From positions 12,768,001 through 12,832,000 of the forward strand of contig CP086569.2 in NCBI GenBank assembly GCA_009914755.4: 64,000 bases of DNA, in the 5' to 3' direction. This document shows, piece by piece, positions 42,556-56,950 of the stretch. How positions within the stretch are numbered: the stretch's first letter is position 1; every line of letters begins with the position of its first letter. A program made the translations under genes and the position numbers. The stretch is from the human T2T-CHM13v2.0 reference genome, Homo sapiens. Under the pieces are notes generated by a model. It was not told the origin of the DNA and ran no database searches. It saw nothing but the letters and a program-made list of their open reading frames with translations.

Positions 42556-43135
42556 ACTGTTCAAATATTGTGACCCTACCTATCCAATTTTATTATTCAC
42601 ATAAGTTGGTTCACACACTTCTATAAAGCAGTTCAAGTCTTTAATGAATATCTACAGCTACATATATCTATACATACACACACATACATACGTGCATCTA
42701 CATCTAGATGAGTATAAATGCATGCACATACATGACAGATAGATGGTGGATAGAGAAGTAATAGGTATATAGATAATAGATAAATTGATAATAGATGATA
42801 AATCGATACACACATGATATAACAGAATACATGATAGAAAAATAGAGGATAGGTAGAGAAAAAATAGATGAATGGATAAATAGATGATGAATGATATATA
42901 GATAGAAAGATAGATAATACATGAATGGATGCATGGAAGATAGCTGAAGAGATGGAATAAATATATAATGGATAGCTTGGTAGATGGATGTGATAGATAC
43001 ATAGATGATAGATAAATAGAAAATGGATAGATAGATGAGAGGTAGATAATAGATAAAGAAATACATGATAGAATAGATACACAATAGCTAGATGCATAGA
43101 CACACAGTCACACATATATGTATACATACATGAAC
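42556..43135. repeat. Left arm of large inverted repeat 1: about 100 bp unique sequence, then a TG/CA stretch, then a degenerate (GATA)n/(TAGA)n array of about 470 bp
   Basis: 42557-42745 (ctgttcaaatattgtgaccctacctatccaattttattattcacataagttggttcacacacttctataaagcagttcaagtctttaatgaatatctacagctacat...catctacatctagatgagtataaatgcatgcacatacatgaca) is about 94% identical to the reverse complement of 45895-46078. The following gatag/atgg arrays mirror the TATC arrays of the right arm. Confidence 0.85.
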
Positions 43136-43414
43136 ACACACACACATATAGATGCTAAAGGGGCAGATATTTGGAGTCATAGGAATCCACGTATCTTTTA
43201 CTTCTCAAAATGAAAATGCTCTATATTAGGATTGTCAGGTCTAGCAAATGAAAATACAGAATGTTCAATTAAAAGTGAGTTTCAGATTAATGGTGGATTA
43301 TTTTTAGTAGAACTTATTAAATATGTAGGATGTACTTACAATATATTTTTTAAATTATTTTTTATCATAAATCCTAAGTTAAACTGAAGTCTTATATTTA
43401 GTCCTGCAACTCTA

Positions 43415-44428
<1,014 letters not shown>

Positions 44429-44814
44429 TCACTTGGCCCAGAGCTGGGCTTGCTACTGGAGCCATGTTCAGCGGATCATGGCTGTCTCTCCACTTGCTAG
44501 AGAAACAGTCGCTGTAGAATAAATTAATGAGTGTTTCTTGATTCCTAAGGACAAGTGCGTCTTGACTAGTTTATCTCTGGGTGTCCTGCAGCCCTATTTT
44601 TTTCTGTCTACCTTTTCTTTCTAAGCAGGCCTTTCCTTTTGTCACCTGCCTTGCCTCAGCAATCTAGTGCTCTTCATGCATTTGCTTATTTAGAAAAACA
44701 AAGTTAAAAAAATTTCTTATGAATGGCTTCCACTATTGCAAACATGCTCTCATTGAGTTTTGTTGGGCTTACCATTGCTGTCTTCTTCCCTTTTCCCTTG
44801 TCTCACACATCTAA

Positions 44815-44935
44815 AAGGATGATAGATAGACAGAATAGATACCCTAAAGGCTAGATGGATGATAGATGATAGAGAGTAGATAAATAGATGGATGATAAAT
44901 AGTTAGGTAGATAATAGGCAGATAGGTAGATGAAT
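44815..44935. repeat. Short degenerate (GATA)n patch in the spacer of inverted repeat 1
   Basis: gatgatagatagacagaatagataccctaaaggctagatggatgatagatgatagagagtagataaatagatggatgataaatagttaggtagataataggcagataggtagatg. Confidence 0.8.
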
Positions 44936-45104
44936 TTGAGTGGAGAGTAGGAAGCATTAACATATGAGGAGTGAGTTAATATGAAATTGGGTCACCCCCT
45001 CCCATAATTTAGAGAATATCTGATATACACAGAGCCCAGAAGTCCAACAAGGAGACACTTTTGTCTCCCGCACTTCTTTGCATTAAGTATTTGGCACATA
45101 ACAT

Positions 45105-45119
45105 TGCATTTTATTTGAA

Positions 45120-45174
<55 letters not shown>

Positions 45175-46078
45175 TGTCTATTATTTATCTGTCTACATTT
45201 TGTCATCCATTCATCTATCTATTATCTATCTATCTATCTAGGTATTATTTATTCATCTGTCTATCCATTTATCTATTATCTACCTATCATCTATCTCTCT
45301 GACTACATATCATCTGTTTATCTGCTATTTATCATCCATCCATCTAGCTATTATAGCTATAACTGTTCTATCATCCATTTATTCATCTATTATCTACCAT
45401 TTATCTATCATCTATCTATCCATTATCATTCCATCTACTTATGTATCCATCTTTCATCCATTCATTCATCCACTATGTATCATCTATGCATCTATCCATC
45501 TATTTATTACCTACTTATCTGTCCATTATGTATCTATTTATCAATCATCTATCTACTATCATCTATCCATCTAGCTATAGTGTATCTATTCTATCATGTA
45601 TTTATTTATCTATTATCTATCTATCCATCTTCTATGTATCTATCTCATCCATCTATCAAGCTATCTGTTATATATTTATTCCATCTATCTTCCATCCATC
45701 CATTCATTTGTTATCTTTCTATATATTATCCATCATCTATCCATTCATCTACCTATCTACCTAGCTATCATTTTTTATCTATCATGCATTCATATAGGTA
45801 TTATGTATCCATTACATCATCTGTGTATCAATCTATTATCTATTTATTATTCATCTATTATCTATATACCTATTACTTGTCTATCATCTATCTGTGATAT
45901 ATGTGCATGCATTTATGCCTGTCTAGATGTAGATGCATGTATGTGTGTGTGTGTATGTATAGCTTTGTGTAGACGTAGATATTCATTAAGGATTTGAACT
46001 GCTTTATAGAAGTGCGTGAACCAACTTATGTGAATAATAAAATTGGATAAGGTAGGGTCACAATATTTGAGCAATGTT
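45105..46078. repeat. Right arm of large inverted repeat 1: about 790 bp (TATC)n/(CATC)n degenerate array, then a TG stretch, then about 100 bp unique sequence, inverted relative to the left arm
   Basis: atctatctatctatc... arrays are present, and 45895-46078 is the reverse complement of 42557-42745. ORFs 45061-45897, 45441-45764 and 45596-45997 are repeat translations. Confidence 0.85.
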
Positions 46079-47699
46079 GAATTCTGTGGGTGACTTTGTG
46101 GGGGGAGAATAATATTTCTGCTCTGTATATGTGAAAATGAATTTTGCCTCAAGAAGTTTGTAACCTAGTAGGGTAGAGATACACATGCTAATTCATATAT
46201 ATACATGTACACACATATACACATATATGCATATATACACACATACACATGTATGTGCATATATACACACATACACATACATACATACACATACACCCCA
46301 TGATCCAAAATGCTCCACCTATTCTGACCCTACCGTATTGTGAATTTTATTTCCATATAAGCTGCAAATCGCCTCTGAGTGCAGACCACAAGCTCCAATA
46401 TTTCACAATCATGTCATGGCTGGTCTCACAGCTAACACCTTACTTTGGGTCCCACATTCTTCACTGTGCAAGTCATTGCATTCTTTAATTCCCAATTATT
46501 TTGGCTTATCAGATGTTCACTGCAATTCTTAAGGTGCGGAGGCTGCATCACCTTGTTTTGGAACTGAACTGAGGTCTGCTCACCCAGTGCAGTAAGACCA
46601 GATGTATACAGTGAGGTTTGCAGTGGGAGAAAGGAGGGTGTTTATTTGCAGGGCACAAAACAAGGAGAATTGGGCAGCTCTTGATTAAACCCTGGCCTTC
46701 ATGATGGCTTCAAGGTATGAATTCTTTAATTCATGGAGGCAGAGGTTACAGGCAAAGTCATAAGTCAATGCATGGAGGTTATATATTGGTTTGACCTAAA
46801 ATGATGAGAAACCCCAAAGCAGAGGCCTATGGGTCTTAGGTGGATTTAAAGCCTCTCTGATTGTAATTCATGAGCAGGAAAAGCTTTGTCTTAAAATTTG
46901 GGATCAGCAGGAAAGACAGTTCATCCTAACCCAGGGCTGTGACACCCAGGCCCTTCGGGAAGAAATTGAGAACAAGGAATGGTGCTCAGAGTGTAACCCC
47001 CAGTTCCCCTTATTTGAAGTCTGGAGAGAGGGTGGTAGATCTATTGGGTGGGGGTCTGGGTTTCTGGAAACACAACTCAGAGACACATGCTAAGATGTTA
47101 TATTTAGTTCTTGTAGGGGAGCCAAGCATCTTGTGACTCTAACTTCTTCCTTGGCAATTGTTTTAAGCTACGATTACCTTCTTGCTTATCAGGCTGCTCA
47201 TTGACTTCTCAGAGCCAGCTAGATGCCTGGAATTTCCCTCCAAGGAACTCAAGATTTTCCTTCATTTCCATGTCTGGGGAATCCCACAGGCTCCAAAGAG
47301 AGGGGTCCTTACTCCATCTCAGGCTCTTCTCTTCTGTGTCTTTCTTGCTTGGTTGCAAAATCTGCAGAGAAGGAAGGTGGCAGGAGGAGAAGGTGCCACC
47401 CAGACACCCGAGACAGGCCAGCCACGAGACACCTGAGAAACATAGCAGAAGCTGCAGGCAACTGGCCATGGTGGCGTTGGAGTACAAAGTGCAGTTTGCA
47501 GGATTGAGTGTGGAGCACAAGTGTCCTACATAGAGGCGTATATACAAGCAAAGAAATTGCACGTTTGCAATACAAAACATTTTAAAATTTAGAGCAAGGG
47601 TTAAATTGATGTGACAGTGTGGTGAGCTCATGGAACACAAGTATTTGGTCAATCACTAGTCTAGGCATTGTCATGCAGGTATTTTCTAGATGAGATTAA

Positions 47700-47960
47700 T
47701 GCTGAAATCCATAGACTTTGAGTAAAGCAGATTGCCCACCATGAGGTATGTGGGCCTTGTCCAATCAGCTGAAGACCGAAGGACAAGAAAAGACTGTGGG
47801 CCCTGGAGGAGAAAGGAATTTTGCCTCCACACAGAGGACTTTGGGCTTGAGCTGCAGCATCAGTTTTTCCCTGGGTCTCCAGCCTGCTGCTGGTCTACCC
47901 TGCAGACATTGGACTTACCAAGTCTCTTTAATCACATAAGCCAGTTTCTTCAAAACTCTG
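47700..47960. repeat. Second copy of the MER/MaLR-like repeat family seen at 5700-6075
   Basis: ccaccatgaggtatgtgggccttgtccaatcagctgaag...ttgggcttgagctgcagcatcagtttttccctgggtctccagcctgctgctggtctaccctgcagacattggacttaccaagtctc. Family assignment is from memory. Confidence 0.4.
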
Positions 47961-48355
47961 TGTACATGTGTGTAAATAAATATATATGTGTGTGTGTATA
48001 AAATATGTATATGTGCATTTATGTGTATATATAGTATATGTGTGTATATATCATATATAGTATATATGTGTATGTATATGTAAATGTATGTAAGTGTATG
48101 TATATGTAAATATAAATATATGTATATACATGTATTTATATATTTATATGTATATATTTACATGCATATATATTTATATATACACAAAGACATATATACT
48201 TATTTATATACATATACACACAACACATATATATTTATATATGTAACTGTTTATATAGTTATACATATAAACATATATGTGTAAAATATGTATACTAGTA
48301 TAAACATTTGCATATGTATATGTATACTTATATAAAAGCATATATAACTATATAT
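47950..48355. repeat. Low-complexity (TA)n/(TG)n/(TATG)n-rich tract
   Basis: Long runs of tatgtgtgtatatat / atatacatgtatttatat. ORF 48084-48284 is an artefact. Confidence 0.9.
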
Positions 48356-48385
48356 ACAGTTGACCTTTGAACAACGCAGAGGTTA

Positions 48386-48722
<337 letters not shown>

Positions 48723-48819
48723 ATCCACCTGTAACTTTTGACTCCTCCACGACTTAACTACTAACAGCCTAATGTCCACCAGAAGATTTAATGGTAACAT
48801 AAACAGTTAATTTACATAA

Positions 48820-49172
<353 letters not shown>

Positions 49173-49849
49173 TAGGGAAAAGAAAATGTCATGTAAGGAA
49201 ATCATTAGGACGAGAAAATACATTTACTAGTTATTTATTTATGATGTTAGCAAGTATATTCTTTTTTTAAACTTTCATTTTCAATGGATCATCCTAAATG
49301 TTTACGTTCTTTTTGTCTTCACATGGAGGAGGAGGAGGAGGATGAAGCAGAGGGGTTGGTTTTGCTGTCTCAGGGATGGCAGAGGTGGAAGAAAATTCAC
49401 ATATAAGTTCAAACCTGTGTTGTTCAAGGGTCAACTACATGCACACACAAACACATTCTATTAGTTCTGTTTTATCCTGAGTAATACATCAGGCAACAGG
49501 TGCAATGCACATTAATAGAATAAATTCACATTTCCACTCACTGAGTATCCTTGCAAGTGGTGAAATTACACATTGCACAATTGTTGACCATGCCACATAG
49601 GACATGAACATTTATGTCTGTTATAAAACTTATGAGCAGAGAGTGCAAACTGTAAAATGAAACCATTTTCAGAGCTCTGAGTAGCTGGGTTATGCATGTA
49701 TATGGAAAACCTCACACTGTCAAAGTTAGTAGAAACCCAGGTAAGTAACCAAATGGTCTGAGCCACCAAAACTGTTCCAAATTGGAGGGCAGTTTGTGAT
49801 TGTAGTGATTCTTTTGTTGGTTGTCAACTTACAGGCCATGCCTTGTCTC

Positions 49850-49881
49850 TCTTTTTTTTTTCTTTCTTTTTTCTTTCTTTC

Positions 49882-49940
<59 letters not shown>

Positions 49941-50030
49941 CTTTCTTTCTTTCTTTTTCTTTCTTTCTTCTTTCTTTCTCTCTCTCTCTTTCTTTCCTTC
50001 CTTCCTTCTTTCTTTTTTTCTTTCAGACAG
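49850..50030. repeat. Compound (TTTC)n/(CTTT)n microsatellite grown from the poly-T (A-tail) of the adjacent minus-strand Alu
   Basis: tttctttc...ctctttctttcttt...ccttccttccttc. ORFs 49796-50092, 49821-50180, 49829-50074 and 49843-50055 are artefacts. Confidence 0.95.
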
Positions 50031-50303
50031 GGTCTTTCTCTGTCTCCCAGGCTAGAGCACAGTTGTGCAATCATAGCTCACTGCTGCCTTGACCTCCTGG
50101 GATCAAGTGATTCTCCCACCTCAGCCTCCCAGGTAGCTGGGAACACAGGTGTGCACCACCACGCCAGGCTAATTTTTTGATTTTTTATAGACAAGGTGTC
50201 TTGCCATGTTGCCCAGACTGATCTTTAAACTCTTAGGCTCAAGCTATCCTTCCACCCCAGCCTCCCAAAATGCTAGAACTACAGGCATGAGCAATCATGT
50301 CTG
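50031..50303 (-). mobile_element. Alu, minus orientation
   Basis: gacagggtctttctctgtctcccaggctagagcacagttgtgcaatcatagctcactgctgccttgacctcctgggatcaagtgattctcccacctcagcctcccaggtagctgggaacacaggtgtgcaccaccacgccaggc.... Confidence 0.9.
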
Positions 50304-50792
50304 GTCTTGCCTTGTCCTTTGAAAAGAAGGAGGAGGCTTCAGGCAAGAAGAAACAGAATAACATAAGATATACAAAACGCAACTGAAAATAGGTTATAAG
50401 GAATACAGATTATAAATGAGTGATAGAAAACCAGGGTGATATGATAGTGAGGGCTGACAATGAAATTACATGGATGTACACAGATGGTGATGTGTCTGTA
50501 CTTTCTGGCAGTCTAAATAAAGAAAGAACATAGTCCTTGACAGTTTTCAATATTAAACAGAAGAAAGAGTGGTGCTATTTAAGAAGCAAACCCTTTTTTG
50601 ATTCTGGACTCCCATTTTCTTGGGACTTCCTATATATAGAGGAGAGATATATAAAGTGGACACAGCCTTTCCAGGTATTTCAGGATCTGACTCAGTAATC
50701 AATTTCACAAGGATGTTTATCAATGCATCATTTGACAGCAGTTGCTGGCAGCTCTTGAAACACAAATACCAAGGCATGGCAGTAATAATCAA

Positions 50793-50846
50793 ATTATCTA
50801 CAGCCTGGGTGACAGAGCGGGACTCTGTCTCAAAAAAAAAAAAAAT
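50793..50846 (+). mobile_element. Alu 3'-terminal fragment plus poly-A, severely 5'-truncated
   Basis: cagcctgggtgacagagcgggactctgtctcaaaaaaaaaaaaaa. Confidence 0.7.
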
Positions 50847-52032
50847 AGCTAGTCTGATTGGAATAAGAAGATATGTAATTATGGTTTCAATTTGCTTTTC
50901 TCTGATGATTGGTCATGTTGAGCAAATTTTCATATGCTTGTTGGCAGTTTATATGTCTTCTTTTGAAGATTGTGTGTTCATGATTTTTGCGCATATTTTA
51001 ATACGGTTATACGCTTTTTTTTGGTTGTTGTTATGAGTCACTACCAAGTATAATATATATTTAACCTTTCTAAAGTGTGTTTTATCATTGAACCTGTTTT
51101 GAAAGAACCATCCTGTGAGGTTAGGATTCTGTGGACTACCTACTCATGGAGCGAAATTCTGTCCCAGAGTGTGCAGGAAGTTTTTTCATCCTGGAAAAAT
51201 ATACATAGGCAGTAATGAAAAACCTGCCGCATTATTGCTAATAATAATGATAAGTATTATTAGTATTATCATTACTTTATGTTACAGGATATGTATTCAT
51301 GAAGTACTGGTTGTCTACCAAGTCAAACCTTCTCAGTCTTTGTTCTTTCCCCAGTCAGGCTTCACCAGAATTCCAGGGAATCCAGGCTGGCTGAACTCAC
51401 TCAATTCTTGGAAGAATTCCTTCAGCTTTCCAGCACTCAGTATCACAAGAGAGAAAGAGCCATCGTTCACCCATAGAGCACGGAAGGAGATGGAGAAATG
51501 GCTTCCTTTCTCATCTCCCTGGTGCAGCCTTACAGTTATCCTAAAATCCTCACAAGGCTTCCAGGGTCAAATGTCAGTTGCCACTTTGGCGGCAAACCCA
51601 ATCATAAATCCTCAAATGGGCTTTTTCTCTTTTCCTGTTTCACGTCCTTCCCTCCACTTCCTGAGCTCTTGCTCCAGGGAAGGAATGGGCTCCAATTCCA
51701 AATAAATAATTGCACAGAAACCTCAGTCTCCTCTTCTGCCCTGAGTGCTTCTGTGAGTATAGGTTACCTACAAGATGAATTCTTGGAGACATTAAAAACA
51801 AACAAAAAAGAATGCACAGTGTTCTTGGAAACCAGTTCATTGTATTTCTGTAACATCTACAAAATAACATCATCTTTATTCTTAAAATAATAATTCATAG
51901 GACCTTTCTGGCTGTTTCTTAACTAGTCTGAGATGAAAATTATAGAAAGAAAAATAGCAACTAGATGTATTCCGGTTAAACATTTGAATTGTGAGAAGAA
52001 AGAAAAATGCCTTAGAAATACCTGTCAGAAAA

Positions 52033-52205
52033 GTGCACACACACACACGCACATACACACACACACACACAAACACAAACACACACAAACACACACATGC
52101 ACCTAGACATACACATACGCACATACACACATGCACATACACGCACACACACACATACACATGTACACACGGGCACACGCACACACACATGCACATACAC
52201 ACACA
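52033..52205. repeat. Imperfect (CA)n/(CACG)n microsatellite
   Basis: cacacacacacgcacatacacacacacacacacaaacac.... ORFs 51882-52202, 51991-52317 and 52012-52212 are artefacts. Confidence 0.95.
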
Positions 52206-52280
52206 GTATCAAACTGATGAGGGGCTAATACCTAAACGATACAAAGTATGCCTATTTTTTAAAAATAATCTTTCTACCCT

Positions 52281-52590
<310 letters not shown>

Positions 52591-53009
52591 TGAAAATAAA
52601 ATCCAAGAAGAAAGGAAAAATGGGTAGGAATAATAATTCTCAGAAGAAGAAACTCGAATAGTTTGAATGCATATAGCAGACAGGGTGTTCTCTCCCGTCC
52701 TAAAGATGTCGTGTCCTACTTCCCAGAACCTATACATGTGTTATGCACCATGGCAGTAGGAAATTCAGGTTGTAGATGGAATTAAATTTTCTCTCATCAG
52801 TTGATCTTAAAATAAGGGGAGTATCCTGAGTAACACAGGTGGTCCCTTGTGACCACTAAGGTCTTTAAAAGATTGTAGGGAGGGAGAACTAGAGAGGTGG
52901 CAACTTGAGAAAGACTAGACCCGGTGGCTGTGGCTGGCTTTGCAGATGGAGAAAGGGGCCATGAGTCAAGAAACGTTGGTAGCTCCCATTAAACCAAAAG
53001 TAACTGAGA

Positions 53010-53400
53010 GAGATTTCAATCAGTTCAGAAAGTTTATTTTGCCAAGGTTAAGGGTGTGCCCATGACACACCCTCAGGAGGTCCTGATGACATCTGCCTAA
53101 GCTGGCTGGAGTACAGCTTGGTTTTATGTATTTTAGGGAGACATGACACATCAATCAATACATGTGGGATGTATATTTGTTTGGTCCAGAAAAGCAGGAC
53201 AACTCAAAGTGGCAGGCAGAGGGGCTTCCAATTGGTTGAAAGAGTTATTATCAGTAGAAAGGAATATCTGGGTTATGATAAGGGTTGTAGAGACCAAGGT
53301 TTTATGATGAAGATGAAGCATCCAGGTAGCAGGCTCCAGAGAGAATAGATTGTAAATGTTTCTTATCAGAGTTAGAGAGTCTGTTCTATCAGTGATTCCA
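53010..53400 (+). repeat. Unidentified interspersed repeat, copy 2 (paralogous to 26300-26720)
   Basis: gtttattttgccaaggttaagggtgtgcccatgacac...ggttttatgtattttagggagacatgacacatcaatcaatacatgtgggatgta...ggttgaaagagttattatcagtagaaaggaatatctgggttatgataagggttgtagagaccaaggtt...cagagagaatagattgtaaatgtttcttatcag. Confidence 0.5.
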
Positions 53401-54099
53401 AAAGGGAGGAGGGCATGATGAGGCATGTCCAGCTTCCACTTCCCATCATGGCCTGAACCAGTTTTTCAGGTTAACTTTGGAGAGCCCTTGGCTGAGAGGA
53501 GGGGTCCGTTCAGATAACCGGGGGGCAGGGAGTGGGGGGTGGGGAGGAAGCATTAGAATTTTATTTTTAGTTGACACTCCTAAAAGCTGGAAATGGCAAG
53601 AAAATAGATTGTCCCTGTATAGAGCCACCAGAAGGAATGGGGTCCTACCAATACATCAGTTTTATCCCAGGGAGACTCATTTTGGACTCTGACTTTCAGA
53701 TCTGGAAGATACTCAATGTGTGTTGTTTTAAACCACTGAACTTGTGAGAGTGCATTGTAGCATCCCTAGAAAACTCATTCAATGAGTACGAGGAGATGCC
53801 AAAATCAAAATGTAGTGAGAAATAAAAATGAAGATAATAAGATATCACTTTATACAATTAGAGGAGAGGGAGGAGGAATAAGAAGACAGAGAGAAAGAGG
53901 AAAAACATGTTTTGTTGCATTTTTTCAGGCAGTGTTATTATCAAGTCAGTGTTTTTCCTGTTCTATAGGAGTACATGTTAATAAGGCAGCCTGTTATTGA
54001 AACATGGTACGGAAAAGGCCAGTTTCAGTCTTGCAAATGGATGAGAGAAAGCCTGGAATATTCCTGGCTGGTTTATCAACCTACTGTCCTCAAATGGGG

Positions 54100-54905
54100 C
54101 ACTGAACTATTTGACTAAAATGTTCTCATTTTATCACCCTACAGACCCATGTGACAGTAGCCACAGGAGACTCACACACTCATCATCCTGCTGTTCAAAT
54201 TTCCCTACAAGACAAATGCCCCTGGGCCCTTTGCACCTTCTGGCCTCTCTGCTTGGAAGCTTCTTTCTCCAAATACTGAATGATTTATTCGAAAACCACC
54301 TCCTCAGAATGACTCTTCATCTCCCTTTCCAAAATTACCTTCTCCTTCCTCTTTGCCCTGATTCAGTTTTGGAAACAGTTCCTATGTGAATTGAGTGTTT
54401 ATTGTACTGTGTCTGACTCTCTGTCTAGAACGTGAACTCAGTGGAAACTTCAATGTTCCTACTCATGGCCCTGTCTAGGGTTAGGGGTAGAGGTAGAGTT
54501 AGGGTTAGGGTTAGGGTTAGGATTAGGCATCCTGGAGCCATCAATAGCTATTGAATGAATGAAAGAGCATGGCCAGGTCTACATTAAGCAGTGAGGAGGA
54601 CAGCAAGAGCCATCAGGCTGTCATAAGAAAAGAGTAGAAGCATACCTATTACCAGTGGAAAATCAGAGTTAGGGGACACTACCTGGGTCTCTCAGATTCT
54701 GAGACACCTGCCTACATCGTAAACCTCCTTCCTTGAGTGGTTCTGGACCCCAACTACACAGTGAAGTTACCTGTGATGGCCTTTAAGGTGACTTTGGAAG
54801 TCACCTATGAGCATCCAGAAATACCTGAGCCAATGGTTCTGCCTATAGGCATTGAACTTCGTCGATCCTGGGTGTAGTCTGGATTCTGGGTGTGCAAATG
54901 TTCCA
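54100..54905 (+). repeat. Arm 1 of inverted repeat 2 (about 0.8 kb), containing a degenerate (TTAGGG)n tract at 54475-54527
   Basis: 54390-54900 aligns, at roughly 85% identity by eye, with the reverse complement of 55850-56020 plus 56396-56720. For example, gggttaggattaggcatcctggagccatcaatagctattgaatgaatgaaagagcatggccaggtctacattaagcagtgaggaggacagcaagagccatcaggctgtcata corresponds to the reverse complement of 56480-56632. ORF 54111-54389 mirrors minus-strand ORF 56670-56900 (shared ...PLxLLAxLLGSFxLxILNDLFxxHLLR...). Confidence 0.8.
54475..54527 (+). repeat. Interstitial telomere-like repeat (TTAGGG)n, about 8 degenerate units
   Basis: gggttaggggtagaggtagagttagggttagggttagggttaggattagg. Confidence 0.85.
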
Positions 54906-55849
54906 TGGCCAAAGGTCCATGGCCAAATCTACATCCTATATGTCTGTGGTCTTGGGATACTTAGAAGTCTTCTATACCTATTTTTCAAAGAGTTGTTTTA
55001 ATAGAGAGGCAGCATACCTCCAGCCTTCTCTTTCTCTTTTCCCCACACTATTTCTCAGTAGAAGATTTGATGTCTACTGCCAATTGGAAAACACTCACTT
55101 GGCACATTGCACATCCTTTCCCCTATGTAATTCTATATGCGAGACACAATGTTCCTTCTTGTATCCCTTCAACTTCCCCCCTGGTCTTCAAATTGCATCA
55201 TACATTGTGTGCTGGCACTACCTACCTTTGTTATGGGTCTACACTTTTGTTCTCATGGCGTCTCTTGGGGAATTCCATGAGTTCCTACACTGCTTCTGAG
55301 AATGAATGACAGGCATTCCTTAGGGTCAAAAAATATTGGCCATTTTCTTTGGGAGCTAAAAGGAAAATATTGCCCACTCAATCACTTTCTCTTTATTACT
55401 TTCCATTTCTATTCTTTATGATACTCTTGGAAAATTAAAATATGGCCAGTTCCAATTATGGCTGAACACATGGCCAAAAAAAGAAGACTTAGCCTCAAAG
55501 AAAAGAAAACTGTGGCATTTTTCTCCCCGTAGAGAACTATATTTATGTCATAAATATAAATGGATAGTACAATGACTCTCAAATCCTAAGGGATAGACAC
55601 CCATGTGTAGACACATGTTTAGTCTAAATCAAGTTTAAAATTGGGTTTGATTTACTCTTCTGAAGAAAATATGACCTTCTTTATAAGAAAGATTGGCAAA
55701 TTCAGGATCTCCCATTTTCCCTGACCCATGACATCGTCTGCCTCCCACATCCCAAACCAATTTGATGTTCACTACACATTTGTTTCTCTCTTGGGGTCTA
55801 GGCATCATCATATCCATTTACAGGTTGTTAGACTCACAAGAAGAACATT

Positions 55850-56950
55850 TGCACTCCCAGAATTCAGACTACACCCAGTTCCAGTGAAGTCAAATCTATG
55901 TAGTTAGAACCATAGGTGCAGGTGTTTTTGGTAGCTCACAGGTGACTTCAAAAGTCACCTTAATGGCCATCACAGGTGGCTTCACTGTGTATCTGGAGCC
56001 AAAACCACTCATGGAAGAAGTCTGATATGGTTTGGTTGTGTCCTCACCCAAGTCTTATCTTGAATTCCCAGGTGTTGTGGGAGGGGACCAGTGGGAGGTA
56101 ATTGAATCATGGGGACAGGTCTTTCTTATGCTGTTCTTGTGATGGTGAATAAGTCTCATGAGATCTGATGGTTTTATAAAGGGGAGTTTCCCTGCACAAG
56201 TTCTCTCTTTGCCTGTTGCCATCCATGAAAGACATGACTTGCTCCTCCTTGCTTTCTGCCATGATTCTGAGGCCTCCCCAGCCAAGTGGAACTGCAAGTC
56301 TATTAAACCTCTTTCCTTTGTAAATTTCCCAGTCTCAGCCATATCTTTGTCAACAGTGTGAAAACAGACTAATACAATGTCTCACCATGCAGTCAGGTGT
56401 CTCAGAATCAGAGAGACCCATGGAGAGCTCCTAACTGATTTTCACTCACAATAGGTGTGCTTCTACTCTTTCCCTATGACAGCTTGATGGCTCTTGCTGA
56501 CTTCCTCACTGCTTAAGAAGATATTATGTCCCTGTCCAGAAGTTGACCCTATAAACATAGACCTGGCCATGGTCATTCATTCAATAGCTATTGATGGCTC
56601 CAGATTGCCTAATCCTAACCCTAACCCTAGACAGGGCCATGAGTGAGAATGTTGAAGCTGCCATGCAGCTCACATTCTAGTGAGAGAGTCATATGCAGTA
56701 AAATCAACACCAAAGTCACATAAGAACTGTTTCCAAAAGTGAATCAGAGCAAAAGGAAAGGAGAAGGTGATTATGGAAAGGGGTAGGTGAAAAGCCACTC
56801 TGAGGAGGTGGTGTTGAAATAAATCATTCAATATTTCGAGTTGGAAGCTTCCAAGCAGAGGGGCTAGCAGGGGCAAGGAGCCTGGGGTTAAATTTGTCAT
56901 TCAGGGAAGGTTGAGCAGCAGGATGATGAGTGTGTGAGTCTGTGACTGCA
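55850..56950 (-). repeat. Arm 2 of inverted repeat 2 (inverted copy of 54100-54905), interrupted by a THE1 LTR insertion at 56022-56389 and carrying (CCCTAA)n at 56608-56630
   Basis: cctaatcctaaccctaaccctag is the reverse complement of the arm-1 TTAGGG tract. The flanking ccagattgcc...gacccatggagagctcc... sequence is the reverse complement of arm 1. Confidence 0.8.
56022..56389 (+). mobile_element. THE1-family MaLR solo LTR, plus orientation, inserted into arm 2 of inverted repeat 2
   Basis: tgatatggtttggttgtgtcctcacccaagtcttatcttgaattcccaggtgttgtgggaggggaccagtgggaggtaattgaatcatggggacaggtctttc...ggttttataaaggggagtttccctgcacaag...aatttcccagtctcagccatatctttgtcaacagtgtgaaaacagactaatacaatg closely matches the THE1 consensus start and end. 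ORFs 56055-56342 and 56158-56361 lie inside it. Confidence 0.9.

Noticed and set aside
44800-45900. Regularly spaced short repeats that could be mistaken for a CRISPR-like repeat-spacer array
   Set aside because: The units are 4-bp microsatellite motifs (GATA/TATC) with degenerate variants, not 25 to 40 bp repeats separated by unique spacers. The genome context is human. No prokaryotic features such as RBS-led ORFs, cas-like genes or a sigma70 promoter architecture occur anywhere in the window.
51115-51705. 196-aa plus-strand ORF in otherwise unique sequence
   Set aside because: No recognisable domain or family similarity. The composition is low-complexity (II/SI runs). There is no splice or polyA context. 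In 64 kb of AT-rich DNA a chance ORF of about 590 bp is expected. It is not supported as a gene.
54111-56900. Pair of similar ORFs (92 aa plus and 76 aa minus) sharing ...LLGSF.L.ILNDLF..HLLR..., which might suggest a duplicated small gene
   Set aside because: They lie in the mirrored arms of inverted repeat 2. Their similarity is simply arm homology. There is no start context or conservation beyond the repeat, and no known domain.
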